63,792 bases of DNA, filler included, from Octopus bimaculoides (GCF_001194135.2; 7 parts of 6 records of this genome joined end to end with filler, not necessarily neighbours in it), one strand, 5' to 3'. Counted from the whole stretch's first letter, positions 1-13,351 are shown. Notes: a model not told the origin generated them from the sequence alone. Made by a program: numbers and translations.

Positions 1-624
1 AGATGCTCATTAAGCATCATTACGATATTTCATAGCTCGATAAAGCTATCATAACTGCGTTCCACCAATGCTACTACTGGTGATATCTTCAAATTTTGAA
101 TTTATCCACAGATGATATGAACAGTAGTGACATCTAACTTCATATATCAGTGTTTGAATATTTCATTTATATATATATGAATATTTCATTTAAATATTTG
201 TACGCACCATGTGTTCTGATTTTGGCGCAAAACAAAACCAGTTGCACAGTCAGAGACTAACGTGAACAGTCATGAATTTAAACTGGTGGTCCACACTGAC
301 GAAGCTCAAAGTTGAATAACCAAAATTGAAACCTGGTTTGTGGATATCCGTAATAGCATAATATTTTTATTTGTGTTGTTAAACGTTTTAATTCGGTCTG
401 TTTTCCTCGCATACTGTTTTTCTCTGTTATATTGGTGCGCTACGGTGGATTATTTAAGACTTGGCTCTTATTTCTAGCAGGTAGATGCTCATTAAGCATC
501 ATTACGATATTTCATAGCTCGATAAAGTTATCATAACTGCGTTCCACTAATGCTACTAATGGTGATATCAACAAATTTTGAATTTATCCACAGATGATAT
601 GAACAGTAGTGACATCTAACTTCA
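1..624. repeat. Direct repeat with 482-bp period containing one hammerhead motif
   Basis: 1-142 recurs at 483-624 with a handful of substitutions; the second copy runs into a 10-N gap. Confidence 0.85.
290..344 (+). ncRNA. Minimal type I hammerhead ribozyme motif (weak stem II)
   Basis: TCCACA-CTGACGA-(25 nt)-GAAAC-CTG-GTT-TGTGGA. Stem I is 6 bp perfect, core is intact, cleavage triplet GUU, loop III ACCTGGT is near-palindromic. Stem II has only A-T and G-T at its base. Confidence 0.6.
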
Positions 625-2295
625 NNNNNNNNNNATGCAAACTGCTGACCCAAACGCTCTGCATACCAATATGAATCCACATGGTAAAATTCCAAATCAT
701 GCTTTTGCTGAAACTAATGGTGGAGTCGTTGTCGAAGGAACTATAGAGAACTGAACGCGAAAACATGCGGTTACATTACCAGCTTCTTAACCACAGAAGA
801 ACACGCACGCACCCACACGCACACACACACATACACGGACGCATATGCACATACACAGATATATATATATTTTGTCTCATAATCAAGTATAAATATGTGA
901 AATTGATTAAAATAAAACTATTCTGGAACAAATTGCATACCAATGTTGTGATAGTTCCGCTGAATAAGTACACACCCTCACAGTTTATAGCCGTGATATC
1001 TAAATTATATCTCTGAGTATCCTATTCCTCGTAACTATTATATTTATATTTACAGGCATACATTAATATCATAGCACTTGACGTTGTAGGAATGTTGCCC
1101 ATTAAGTTTCCCTTTTGAGAATGTGTACATTATTTAGGTAAATAATAGACAAACATGTGGACAATGCATCATTACTTTGTTATGGTCCATAAAATATTTA
1201 TTTCAATAGTCAATTCTTGTTTAATTCACCCAGAAGTATCTAGTGTATAGTGTCAGATATACTGATTGTTCATATGGGAAAAGTCCGGCGAAGTTTTGCA
1301 CACTTTGCGAGAAATTTTTATACACGTCTCTCCAACAGTTTATTAACGCTGCTTTCGTATATCGCCTGCATTCACTGATAATTGCTTAAAATGCTGTTTT
1401 GATTTGTGATATGTCTGGCATTTAAATGATTTGACATTGAATTTCTGTTGTTTCAGTGAAATATTGTTGTATCAAAATTCAACTCCGTGTACTATGGTAT
1501 CCTTTGCAATGTATTGAATGACCAAGTAATATCATGACAAGGGAATTCTCCATTCCATATTTAACCCAATACAACTTCGTTGTTTACCCATGAACTATAA
1601 TTAGCCTTAAAACCGTTTTATTCGTAGCTTTACTATATCTTAAAAGAACTGCATTGTGTTATGAACATGGTTTCAACCAATACCGTTACAAAAAAAAAAC
1701 ACCTATTTAAGTATACGCTTGTGGATAAATATATATACGCACCGGTAGATTTGCTGCATGAGCAATTCGTATGTATGTATATATGCATGTATGTATGTAT
1801 GTATGTATGTATGTATGTATGTATGTATGTGCAAACCTTTGAACGTAGTGTAAGCCAGAAGGTTTGTAAACCCACCGGAGGCCTCAAAAGACATTTTAAG
1901 ATCCACAAAGAGCAGAACGTATCTGCAGCTCTTGGTGGCCCATATCGGAGGTACAATTTATGTGTATCTTTTCAGAACGTTGTCTTGTTTAAAAAGCCAA
2001 ATCAGATGCCATGATGGTGACAAGTTGTACGTACATGAGGTGGTCAAACACTGTATAAGGAGTAGACAACAACTACGTATGTATGTATGTATGTATGTAT
2101 GTATGTGCACACACCTGCATAATTTGTACTTGTTTGAGTGTGTGCACATACTTGTGAAAGTTAATTACTCAAGTTAAAGGAGTGACAAAATAGTTCTAGG
2201 GCCATGCTTAGAATTTCGATGCGTGATTTTTTTCCTTATGCAAGCGGTGGGAGAATGTTTCATTCTTAACATTTGAAATGTTCACTGTTGAAGTT

Positions 2296-2870
2296 AGGAG
2301 GGTCGGTTATGAATGTCCATAGGCTGACCAAGATGGAACGAGGCCGAGTGAGATTAATTTTTTTTTCAATACAGTCCCCCTTCGGTCCACATACATTTCT
2401 CATCTGTATTGTAGGGCCTTGGTCAAGGCGTTTCAATCCTGTTGGTCAAGAATGTCAACAGCAGCATCATCATTGCTATACTGGTTGCCAGCCAAGTGGT
2501 TCGTCAATTTAGGGAACAGATGATAGTCAGACGAGGCCAAATTATGAGAGTAGGGTTGGTGATCAACAAGTTTGAGGATACTCACATACAGCAATTTAAA
2601 TTAAGGATTTGTGAACTGAAGCTTCGTCCTGATGAAAAAAGTCCCCTTTTCTCAGTTTGGGCGTTTGGACTTAAAGTTTCGTATCTGTCTCAGATAGCTG
2701 GAATTGTACTTTCCATTGATGATGTGGCCATATGCACAATGCCTTTTAGCATCCCAAAATACATCATCTTCCCTGCAGATGAAACAACCGTCGTCTTATT
2801 TGTATGTTTCTATTACATTGATCGTCTGTGATTCACAGTGATGAAGCCAAAAGTTATCCGGAGTTAGGAA
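2296..2870 (-). mobile_element. Decayed mariner transposase C-terminal half plus 3' end
   Basis: Minus-strand fragments read SAGKMM..FWDAK(G)IV, LFHQDEASVHKS, LVDHQPYSHNLASSDYHLFPKL..HLAGNQYSNDD and VDRRGDCIEK. These match mariner DD34D motifs (YSPDLAPSD), with frameshifts and stops. Confidence 0.8.
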
Positions 2871-3795
2871 ATTTTCGAAGAATTCAGCTGGATATACCTC
2901 AAACAACGCCAAATGTTCCCGCTATGTAATCAGCCTGGGGCGCTTTTTGTCAGGTCCCAGAAAAAGAAACCTTCGTCTAACAAGTTTTCATTATGCAGAA
3001 TATACTTAACTCTCTCACGGGATATGCTAATAGCTTTTCATATTTAGTTTATAGTCAGTTGCCTGTCACGCAAAACCACGTCGTGAAGACTATCATTGTT
3101 TTCCTCCATGGTGTCATATGCTGGAAGTACAGATAAGTGGGCCTCTACAAGAGTGTCCCTTCCCCATTTAAATTCAGCTGCCTACGTTCGCACTGTTGAT
3201 AAAGCTGGAACCACAGCTCGAACGGTAGCAAGTACGTCAACATTACCGTTGCAGGTACGCAGGTAACAGGACCCCAATATTTTTCCCTTTTCAAGAGATG
3301 TCTGTACTACTTCCTTTTGAAATATTCTTTGAACGGTCAAATTTCAGTTTAGTTGTACAGAGTCAACGAAGGCACGTTTCGGCCAATACCCCTATAATAT
3401 TTAGTTTTTTCAGAAATTCAAAGCTACCAGTTGCTGCCCAAAACCTGAGTTTACTAGTTTAAGCTTTACTTCGCCAGTCGATCTGGGGGTTGCTTATAAC
3501 ACTCTCTGTGTGTCCATACCATGTTGAGTGCCTGATGTATTTAATTTCAAACAAAGGCAAAACTCCGAGAAACCAATGGCACCGCTGTTGAATCGCAAAT
3601 AAATTATTTATCCAGGAGACCCAACATAGCAGGTAAGGCTATGTAAGTGCTACGTACGAAAGGACCCTAGTTAGACGCTCGCTTCGATAATAATACGAGT
3701 GAAGGGTCTGTGTGAGAATGTATATGTAAAATAAAATGAGACAACGAAACCAAAGCTCTGTTGAATTTATAGGACATTTATATTGAGAAAGATAA

Positions 3796-3853
3796 TTCTT
3801 ACAGCTGTTTCGGGTATTTTCTGGGATATCAAGGATATCTCGTCTTCAGAGAC
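3796..3853 (-). ncRNA. Hammerhead motif, core intact, stem II base mismatched
   Basis: Minus strand: GTCT-CTGAAGA-CGAGATATCCTTGATATCCCAGAAAATACCC-GAAAC-AGCT-GTA-AGAA; palindromic ACAGCTGT loop III. Confidence 0.55.
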
Positions 3854-4011
3854 GATATGAGAGGGTTAACAAGAGAGAAATAGTAGAGATCAATATAAGG
3901 TGATATTTTGGAAATAGTTAGATGTAGGATTTACTGCCTATATCGATCCTTTTCCAAAATAACTCCTCATATTGAACGCTACTATTTCCCTCTAGTTAAC
4001 TCTCTCATAAC

Positions 4012-4059
4012 GTCTCTGATGAAGGGATATCCCTCACATCCCTGACACAGCTGTAAGAC
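4012..4059 (+). ncRNA. Hammerhead motif with GAAA>GACA mutation (probably inactive)
   Basis: GTCT-CTGATGA-AGGGAT..ATCCCT-GACAC-AGCT-GTA-AGAC; stems I and II are perfect. Confidence 0.65.
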
Positions 4060-4149
4060 ACCATTTCTCTTTATAAATATGCTATAAATTCCATACAGCC
4101 AACGCTTTGTTGTCTCGCTCCATGTGATACACACACACATTAATACATA

Positions 4150-4190
<41 letters not shown>

Positions 4191-4791
4191 GTCTTGTACC
4201 CGGATATGCACCTATATATACATGTGGATATCGGTATGTACAAATATGTATGTATATATGCATATGCTCACAATATCATTTGTATTNNNNNNNNNNNNNN
4301 NNNNNNNNNNNNNNNNNNNNNNNNNNNNNNNNNNNNNNNNNNNNNNNNNNNNNNNNNNNNNNNNNNNNNNNNNNNNNNNNNNNNNNNNNNNNNNNNNNNN
4401 NNNNNNNNNNNNNNNNNNNNNNNNNNNNNNNNNNNNNNNNNNNNNNNNNNNNNNNNNNNNNNNNNNNNNNNNNNNNNNNNNNNNNNNNNNNNNNNNNNNN
4501 NNNNNNNNNNNNNNNNNNNNNNNNNNNNNNNNNNNNNNNNNNNNNNNNNNNNNNNNNNNNNNNNNNNNNNNNNNNNNNNNNNNNNNNNNNNNNNNNNNNN
4601 NNNNNNNNNNNNNNNNNNNNNNNNNNNNNNNNNNNNNNNNNNNNNNNNNNNNNNNNNNNNNNNNNNNNNNNNNNNNNNNNNNNNNNNNNNNNNNNNNNNN
4701 NNNNNNNNNNNNNNNNNNNNNNNNNNNNNNNNNNNNNNNNNNNNNNNNNNNNNNNNNNNNNNNNNNNNNNNNNNNNNNNNNNNNNNNNNNN

Positions 4792-4834
<43 letters not shown>

Positions 4835-4942
4835 ACAGATGTTGTTTAAGTTACACAATATAGCCGATGATAACTTATTAATACGTTGGAGGTTATTTCT
4901 AGGCAAAATCTATTAACACTTCTTGCGTTTCCAAGCTATTCC

Positions 4943-4999
<57 letters not shown>

Positions 5000-6499
5000 A
5001 CAAAATTGGTGACGCTGCGTTCGGTCATGTAAAAACAAATAGTAAATGAGTATATGTATATATACGTACAGGTATGTGCATACCAACATCCACCTGTATG
5101 TATAGGTGCATATCTGGGTACATGACATTGCAAACAAAACGTAGACAAGAAAATAATGATAATCAGAGTACAGAAAACGCACAAGCCACATAGAGAACAT
5201 TTTCCCTCATCGGTTACCCCCGTTTTAACACCGGCGTTTCGAAGAGCTGTTTAGGACGCATCGTTAAAACGGCTCTTCCCATGGACCGCAAATTAAATTT
5301 GTATACACAAATTAAACCTTGCCNNNNNNNNNNNNNNNNNNNNNNNNNNNNNNNNNNNNNNNNNNNNNNNNNNNNNNNNNNNNNNNNNNNNNNNNNNNNN
5401 NNNNNNNNNNNNNNNNNNNNNNNNNNNNNNNNNNNNNNNNNNNNNNNNNNNNNNNNNNNNNNNNNNNNNNNNNNNNNNNNNNNNNNNNNNNNNNNNNNNN
5501 NNNNNNNNNNNNNNNNNNNNNNNNNNNNNNNNNNNNNNNNNNNNNNNNNNNNNNNNNNNNNNNNNNNNNNNNNNNNNNNNNNNNNNNNNNNNNNNNNNNN
5601 NNNNNNNNNNNNNNNNNNNNNNNNNNNNNNNNNNNNNNNNNNNNNNNNNNNNNNNNNNNNNNNNNNNNNNNNNNNNNNNNNNNNNNNNNNNNNNNNNNNN
5701 NNNNNNNNNNNNNNNNNNNNNNNNNNNNNNNNNNNNNNNNNNNNNNNNNNNNNNNNNNNNNNNNNNNNNNNNNNNNNNNNNNNNNNNNNNNNNNNNNNNN
5801 NNNNNNNNNNNNNNNNNNNNNNNNNNNNNNNNNNNNNNNNNNNNNNNNNNNNNNNNNNNNNNNNNNNNNNNNNNNNNNNNNNNNNNNNNNNNNNNNNNNN
5901 NNNNNNNNNNNNNNNNNNNNNNNNNNNNNNNNNNNNNNNNNNNNNNNNNNNNNNNNNNNNNNNNNNNNNNNNNNNNNNNNNNNNNNATATATATATATAT
6001 ATATACATGTGCACGTGTACATGTGCGTGTGTGCGCGTGTGTGTTTGTGTGAGTGTATTCAGCCTCGGTACATTTCGTCGTTGCAAAGTACATTGTAATC
6101 ATATGGCTAAACATTTGGTAAATACTAGTCAGACATTGCGACAACACATCATTTTTCAGTTATTGTCCATAAAATATGTATTTCAATCACACAATATTTG
6201 TTTAATTCCATCAGAATTGTCTCGGGGACAATAGGTCAATGGATCGATTTCATCCAATTAGACACATGAGAATTAGCAAAGTGTGTATATGAATAAATAT
6301 ACCTATACATATATGTGTGTCTGTGTGTGTGTGTGTATATATTTACATTCATATATATATGTGTGTGTGTGTGTGAGTGTGTGTAAATAGATGTGTGTAT
6401 ATATTTCCCTTGTTAACAATTAACACGGAAAGAATATATATATGCATGTATGTGTGAATATATATGTGATTTAAACGGATAGGTGTGCTGGGTAAGTGC

Positions 6500-8330
6500 T
6501 GTGTAACTACTACGCCTCCATATCTCCAACCCTCCTTAAGATGGCCTAACTCTAGCTAAAAATCTAACCACCGTAACTTCCTTAGAAATAATTCTTTCAG
6601 CTAAGCAGACTCTCTTTGGCTCCGTGTCAGCCTCAATACTAAACGAAATGACTTTTTTGATAGAACAATGGGCTCATCCGACTCCGCTCAGGTCATGGAT
6701 CTAGTCGGACAGCAACTCTTTATTTTGCTCCACTCACTTCCTCAACATCAAAAGTGGTTTACATAATGACGATGCGTTGGTAAATGCAATAGGCCTAACA
6801 AGACCTGCTTTGGAGAGAAGTAGAAAACTGTTACAGAAATGTCTCGCCAGCGCTAACCTATCTATCTCTTCTGAAAAACTCCCCAAAACAGCAAACTTCC
6901 TATATGTCTCCTTAGATTTATACTCCATATCATAAGCCCAATCAGCGCCTTAAATACATAAATACACAATCTACCCACTATAATCCACATTCGAGGGCAT
7001 AATCAAGGGCATATCCATTAGGTTATCCGAACTATTCGCCACCGAGGAAATTTTCAATAACTGGCTAGAGATGTGAAATTGCTCTGCGTCAAATGTTTAA
7101 AAGAGTGCACATGCGCAGAATATCTGTTTAAAATAAGTTGCGGACACAATATAGTAGCTATATTAGGTTCGCCATCTAATTGCTACGAAAATACAATATA
7201 GGTTATCCTGGGCTATAATTGATTCTGGCATACCATATCAGTGGATTATACCAAAAAGAATCCCTTAAAATTCTAACGCATTTACTCAACTAATACAGCG
7301 AGGCCTTCACAACATGCAAACACAAATTCGTCCACACTTTTGAACTCTTCCCTAAATCTAAGTGCAAGCTTATCCCCACTCCCACACACATAGCGCCTAA
7401 CTATATACCTCTATGATCCATTGTTTATCGTCTCTATTGTTATTAATTCCTTCATTCCTAACTATTTATTCTTTACTTTATTTTGTAAAACTTAATCTCA
7501 CAAATCCCCTATTTTTTTGTTCCTAAATAATTTAATTTCACAGTTAACTGGTTTTCCAATACACATTCACCCTTCCCATCATCCATATCCCACTAGCTAG
7601 GATTTTATTTACGGCCACTAGCCTTGGCCATAAAATTAACTCCTACACTTACTTCCTACTCCACCCCTATAACTCGAAGAACAACACTAGCGTCTACTGT
7701 CTGATTCCCTTTTATCTACTTTACGTATTTATTCTACTTTACTTTATCTTGTATTTCTTAAATTATCTTCCTTTAAATTTATTCCTCTTTCTCTTTATAT
7801 TCTTCATTACATTTTTTTAATATTTTTATATTCTGCGGCAATTCCATGTCACCTGCTTCTCTCTCCGTAAATCTGACCACCCTCTCTACTTATTATTCTT
7901 CTTTCTCTTTTCCCCCCGATAGCCTCTAATGTTCTTTCACGATACATATCTCTCTTTCTACTTCTTTCTCTTTAGCCAACTTCTACTATCGACATGGAAG
8001 TATTCTTCATGGACATCTACAATATGAGGAATAATATCTTACGTAGATTCACAATAGATTGCACCTAAATGCTCATGGATTAGCACCTGCACAATCGGAA
8101 ACTTAAACTACGATCTTTTATATACTTTTTCCTTTTCCGTTTTTCTTTTTCTTTTCTTCTTTTCCTTTTTGTCTTTTTTATCCGTGTTCGCCTTTTCTAC
8201 ATCTCTCCATCGTTTTCGTAAACTATACTTTCTGACTTTCTCACCATCTGTCTCCGATGATAGGATATCCAACACGTTTCTGAGATATCCCAGAACCAGT
8301 TGTAAGACATAAAAAATTACATAATATTTG
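6500..8330 (+). mobile_element. Decayed Penelope-like element (Neptune-type RT) ending in a hammerhead remnant
   Basis: Frameshifted fragments YYASISPTLL, FDRTMGSSDSAQVMDLVG, GLHNDDAL, NFLYVSLDL, HKPNQRLKYINTQSTH and GISIRLSEL match Penelope RT motifs (MGSYDGAEV, YRDD, SNHP). Confidence 0.75.
8249..8309 (+). ncRNA. Degenerate hammerhead (same family as the 3.8-4.1 kb motifs)
   Basis: TGTCT-CCGATGA-TAGGATATC..GATATCCCA-GAACC-AGTT-GTA-AGACA; stems retained, two core substitutions. Confidence 0.55.
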
Positions 8331-8621
8331 TTAATAATAACATATATGACTAAGAGATGTCTTGCTTATTGTTTGTTTTCCTTTTTANNNNNNNNNNNNN
8401 NNNNNNNNNNNNNNNNNNNNNNNNNNNNNNNNNNNNNNNNNNNNNNNNNNNNNNNNNNNNNNNNNNNNNNNNNNNNNNNNNNNNNNNNNNNNNNNNNNNN
8501 NNNNNNNNNNNNNNNNNNNNNNNNNNNNNNNNNNNNNNNNNNNNNNNNNNNNNNNNNNNNNNNNNNNNNNNNNNNNNNNNNNNNNNNNNNNNNNNNNNNN
8601 NNNNNNNNNNNNNNNNNNNNN

Positions 8622-8652
<31 letters not shown>

Positions 8653-9639
8653 ATTACATGTGCATATCTATATATATGAATATGTAATTACATAGATAAA
8701 ATTATGCATATGCAGACAAATACACGTATAAATACATCCACTCACATAATGCGTTTACACACCCGTACTGACACACACACGCACATGGAGGAATATTACC
8801 CATGTAGTTATGTTCACGATATTTACGTTCGCATTTTGTGTATGATAATTATATGTAGTAGAATTAAAATACGTCACCACTGTCTCATACATTCATGTAT
8901 TGTATTACACTTAAATATCCTCACATTGTATTGTAAATTGGATAAATAGTAGCAAACACTGGACATATCTATAAAGTCACACATTATTGAGTGCGACGAA
9001 CTCTACATTTGATTACTGTTAATTCGGTCCAGAATTTCAGTAGTACTTTATTTTATTGATTATTGAAGGCTAAAAAGGTAGAACTGAGTGCAAATCAGAT
9101 GTAAAGGAGCGGAAAGAAAGGCCGTCGCATTTAAATTCGATCCATTTCTCAGTGCTATGATCTTCATGGTCATAATTGATAGACATCATAGGCCCAATTT
9201 CACAATGACAATTGTATTACATACATGCCTTGAACTCTTCTTTTGTCTAATTTAGATGAATAAAAACCAAACAAGAGATTGGGAGAAAATGAAGTGAGAA
9301 TAAAAATGTGTAATGTTATGACTGTAAAGAACCTGACAGCACACCAGCTATAACAACAATTCACTTAACCAAATCCAGGGCTACGATTCCTAACATATAT
9401 ATACGTCCACACTTCTTGATATATCATATATGTTTGTTATTATATTCTGCAGTCGTATACTCCAATGACACATTGCTTCTGAATTATTTGCAACTAGTGC
9501 AGCATATTTTCAGAAAAATTTAAGTGATAAAAATCCGGCATGATTTGAAACCAAATCATATTTAGTCTAAACACACGTGTAGATCATTCCATTCGACATA
9601 TTTATGATACAGCTAAATGTGGAATTTTTTGTTATGTTG

Positions 9640-9665
9640 ATATCATCATCATCATCATCATCATC

Positions 9666-9706
<41 letters not shown>

Positions 9707-9708
9707 CA

Positions 9709-9739
<31 letters not shown>

Positions 9740-9888
9740 TATTATCATCATCATCATCATCATCATAATTATTATTATCATCATCATCATCATCATAATA
9801 TCATCATCATCATCATCATCATCATAATATCATCATCATCATCATCATCATCATCATTATCATCATCATCATCATCATCTTCATTATC

Positions 9889-9960
<72 letters not shown>

Positions 9961-9962
9961 CA
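9640..9962. repeat. Compound (ATC)n/(ATT)n microsatellite
   Basis: Directly visible. Confidence 0.95.
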
Positions 9963-10745
9963 TTGTCCGTCTTCACGTGGATTGTGTGGAAAGATGACAT
10001 ATTTTATATCCGAAACTGAGATAGCAGGGAGATCTGATTTCTGCACTATGTGCTGTTAATCTTCTAATACGTAGCTGATAACAGGGATGAATATGGCGTA
10101 TCTCAGGTTGTAAAGAATACGTTTCAGCTTGGTTCTCGGCTTTGGCACGTATCTGTCCATAACTCGTCTTCAAACCGATTTTATATATGTGATGTGTTTT
10201 TCATAGGAAACATGGATCTTACTGCAATAAAAAGGTGTTTCTACTAAAGTGTTGATAGGTAGTATTAAAACAATCGTTCAAAATATGCATCCAGATACAC
10301 CACGTTCCTAATTTTTCTAACATCCGAATATTGATGAATCGGTATATACTCTTACATTGAAGACATCGTGATATTTTATAATGAAACCTCGAACAATTCT
10401 GAGTTATGGTGTTTCTGTTCTGAAAGTGATATGTACAATTCCTCCGTTATTCTGTGTTCCCCAACTGTTCAGAAAATAACTCGATTACCTCAGCTTCCTA
10501 ATTAATATGATAGCATTGTAGGTACCAACGAAATAGAAACGTTTGAGACATGAGAATGAAGTAAAAAAAAAATTATAAATTCTTAGGGCTATCTTGTGGT
10601 GCGAAGATGCTTTCAGCTGGGACATTTATGCTCTGTTTCCGATTTGATGATATGTTCAATTTTGCCTTTCTTCCACCAGTTTCAGTGATATGACGAAAAA
10701 TCATTGCTCTTACACTTTCAGCTGATTAATATCCAAGTATTGTCT

Positions 10746-10785
<40 letters not shown>

Positions 10786-10829
10786 NNNNNNNNNNNNNNN
10801 NNNNNNNNNNNNNNNNNNNNNNNNNNNNN

Positions 10830-10841
10830 TTAATTAATTAA
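10830..10841. other. Artificial scaffold linker TTAATTAATTAA in a 100-bp gap (also 19062, 32852, 46090, 54154, 60432)
   Basis: Identical 12-mer with stops in all six frames, flanked by N runs, at six positions. Confidence 0.95.
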
Positions 10842-10886
10842 NNNNNNNNNNNNNNNNNNNNNNNNNNNNNNNNNNNNNNNNNNNNT

Positions 10887-10988
10887 TCTTCTTCTTCTTC
10901 TTCTTCTTCTTCTTCTTCTTCTTCTTCTTCTTCTTCTTCTTCTTCTTCTTCTTCTTCTTCTTCTTCTTCGTATTTGTTAGGTAGATTG

Positions 10989-11024
<36 letters not shown>

Positions 11025-11100
11025 GTTGTTGTTGTTGTTGTTGTTTTTGTTGTTGTTGCTGTTGTTGTTATTTTAGATGTTGTTGTTATTGTAGATGTGG
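10887..11100. repeat. (TTC)n/(ATT)n/(GTT)n microsatellites
   Basis: Directly visible; source of the poly-E/I/T ORFs. Confidence 0.95.
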
Positions 11101-12639
11101 TTGGTCTATGTGGTGCCCTAAAGGACACAAATTTCATAATATTGATTTGCTGTCGTCTGTTTTCCTATCTATATAGAATTATGGTGGCAACGACGCCCAG
11201 TATCCAACGAGGAGGTAGCGGGAAGCTCTTCTCATACCACTATAAGCCGTACATGAGATGATTTACACGAGAACAACAAGAATAACAAAGCAATAACTGT
11301 AATTGGTTAAGAGAACGAGTTTAACAACACAGCCAACAACGACACAAGCATGAAAAAGAAAAAGAAGCGACAACAAGACCAGCAACAGTAATAGATATGC
11401 AATAGCTCTTTATATTATTATTACTCGACCGACAACGACACAAACAACAACAATAACAATTACCTTGGAAGTTGTTACTTATTGTAATAGAAATGCCTTA
11501 CTCTTTAAATAATCATTACAGCCGCAATTGAATAATTGAATAATTGCAATCTCTAACACTTTCATTTACTGGAATTCTTCAAATCTAAAATTCGTTTTCT
11601 AAATCTTAAATCGACCTATAATTATCCACTTTAGTAATAGCTTAAACTGCTGTTTATATAACTGTTTAATATACTATACTATCAATTGAGGAGAGAAAAT
11701 CCAGTACGCCTCTTCTGATTAGCAGAGAACAAACTTTGAAAAGTTCCCCCACATATTCGTACATAGAAAGCATAGAATGAATGTGTTTGTATTCTAACAA
11801 TTTTTTAACAGGTTTTGAACTATTAGAATAATAATTACATATAGACGCCATCGAATTACTTTATATTACTGTGTCCTCATCATAGACATTTGCAGTTGTT
11901 TTGGGGAGTTGCAATATTTAGTTAATGACATGCCGTTTGTAGTGACAGTACAGTTTTGCGGTTAGCTTTGTTGGTTGGCACGGGAATTTATGCCTTGTCA
12001 CCTATTGTGAAGAAACAGGGAGGAGACATTACTTAACAGTTTTAGTTTAAAATGCTGACACACTGACCAATGAAGTTCTTGGCTAAATCTGCCATGTTTT
12101 TATTTATACACTACGTAGTTCACTATGTCAATTTCTTCATTGTAGCATCAGCACTTTGTATCTATTCCATTTTTTTTATCTCATTGGCTTGATAGCTCTG
12201 GGTTAATAAGTTTTGATTTTGAGAAGCTACGATGAAGTCTTGACAATCCGCCTTTAGCACTGAACTTCGTAGCTATTTATGGGTGCATTTTGTTATTATT
12301 ATTATTATTATTATTATTGAGTGAGAGAGTAGGAAATGTCATCAAAGTGACACTGGGGTACAAATGTACAGAGCCCAATATACTTATCATGACTGCCCGT
12401 CTGATAATAAATGTACACCAGACACATGCATCACAACCATATCTTCACGACATGGTGAGCTCATATCAAGATAAATGGACCCTATCGTTATTATTACAAG
12501 CATTAACAGAACAAAAGACTACACCACACACCAAGAGAAAAAAATATCTAACACAATACAGTATCAAGAAGAGTTTGCTGTGCTGTTCTATTTATTTCCG
12601 GGTTGGGTAGCTATGTAGAGATTTTACTTTGGTTTAGCC

Positions 12640-13195
12640 TTTTATTTACTGTTTTCAGTGTTCTCTCTGTTGTGTTCTCTCCTTTCGTTTGTGATGGCTT
12701 TTGCGTTTTCGGAGATATAACGTCTGATGTGTTGGTTTTTGCCTGATTGCAGTCAATTGTTTTCAGTTATGAGGTGTTTTTTAAAAAATTTTCCGCGTGC
12801 ATTTTATCTATTAGTTTGTCTATTTCGGTTCGGGGCACGTTTCTCTCTCACAGCATACGTCACTGGACATCCGCAAGAGTATTCCCTGAGACTTTTCCCC
12901 TTCTATCAGTATTCCTTCTCTATATTTGATATGTTTCTCTTGTTATCCCTGTGTTTCCCGGGTATAGCTTTGCAGTGGAGAATGCATATAGCACTTCGAT
13001 GTAGTTATCATCTGTCCAACTTTCTCTTTTGGTTTTGATTTTCGTTTGGGTAATGGCATTAAAAGAGGGATCTGCCTGTTAGAGTTAACTTTTTGGCAGA
13101 ACACCTTCTCTGGGTGTGTGCTATTATTGTTCACGTATCTTGAGTGCCTCAAAATCATAAATAAAAACTCGCCTTTGTTTTCGAACTTTTATTAC
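12640..13195 (-). mobile_element. Penelope-like RT thumb remnant
   Basis: Minus-strand YVNNNSTHPEKVF resembles the Penelope Y-x4-S-x-HP motif; downstream sequence is heavily decayed. Confidence 0.45.
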
Positions 13196-13199
13196 CGAA

Positions 13200-13229
13200 C
13201 ATTTCTTCTTGTTCTTGTTCTTGTTCTCG

Positions 13230-13261
<32 letters not shown>

Positions 13262-13309
13262 GGTGTTGTTGTTGGTGTTGTTGTTGTTGTTGTTGTTGAT
13301 GCTGTTGTT

Positions 13310-13351
<42 letters not shown>

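Larger units (their letters stand above)
3738..4116. mobile_element. Fold-back (inverted repeat) element with a hammerhead motif in each arm
   Basis: 3738-3914 aligns with the reverse complement of 3951-4116 (e.g. AGACGATATGAGAGGGTTAACAAGAGAGAAATAGTAG vs AGACGTTATGAGAGAGTTAACTAGAGGGAAATAGTAG). Confidence 0.75.

Noticed and set aside
10110-10175. Hammerhead-like TTGAAGA...GAAACGTA on the minus strand
   Set aside because: Neither stem I nor the base of stem II pairs; too degenerate to call.
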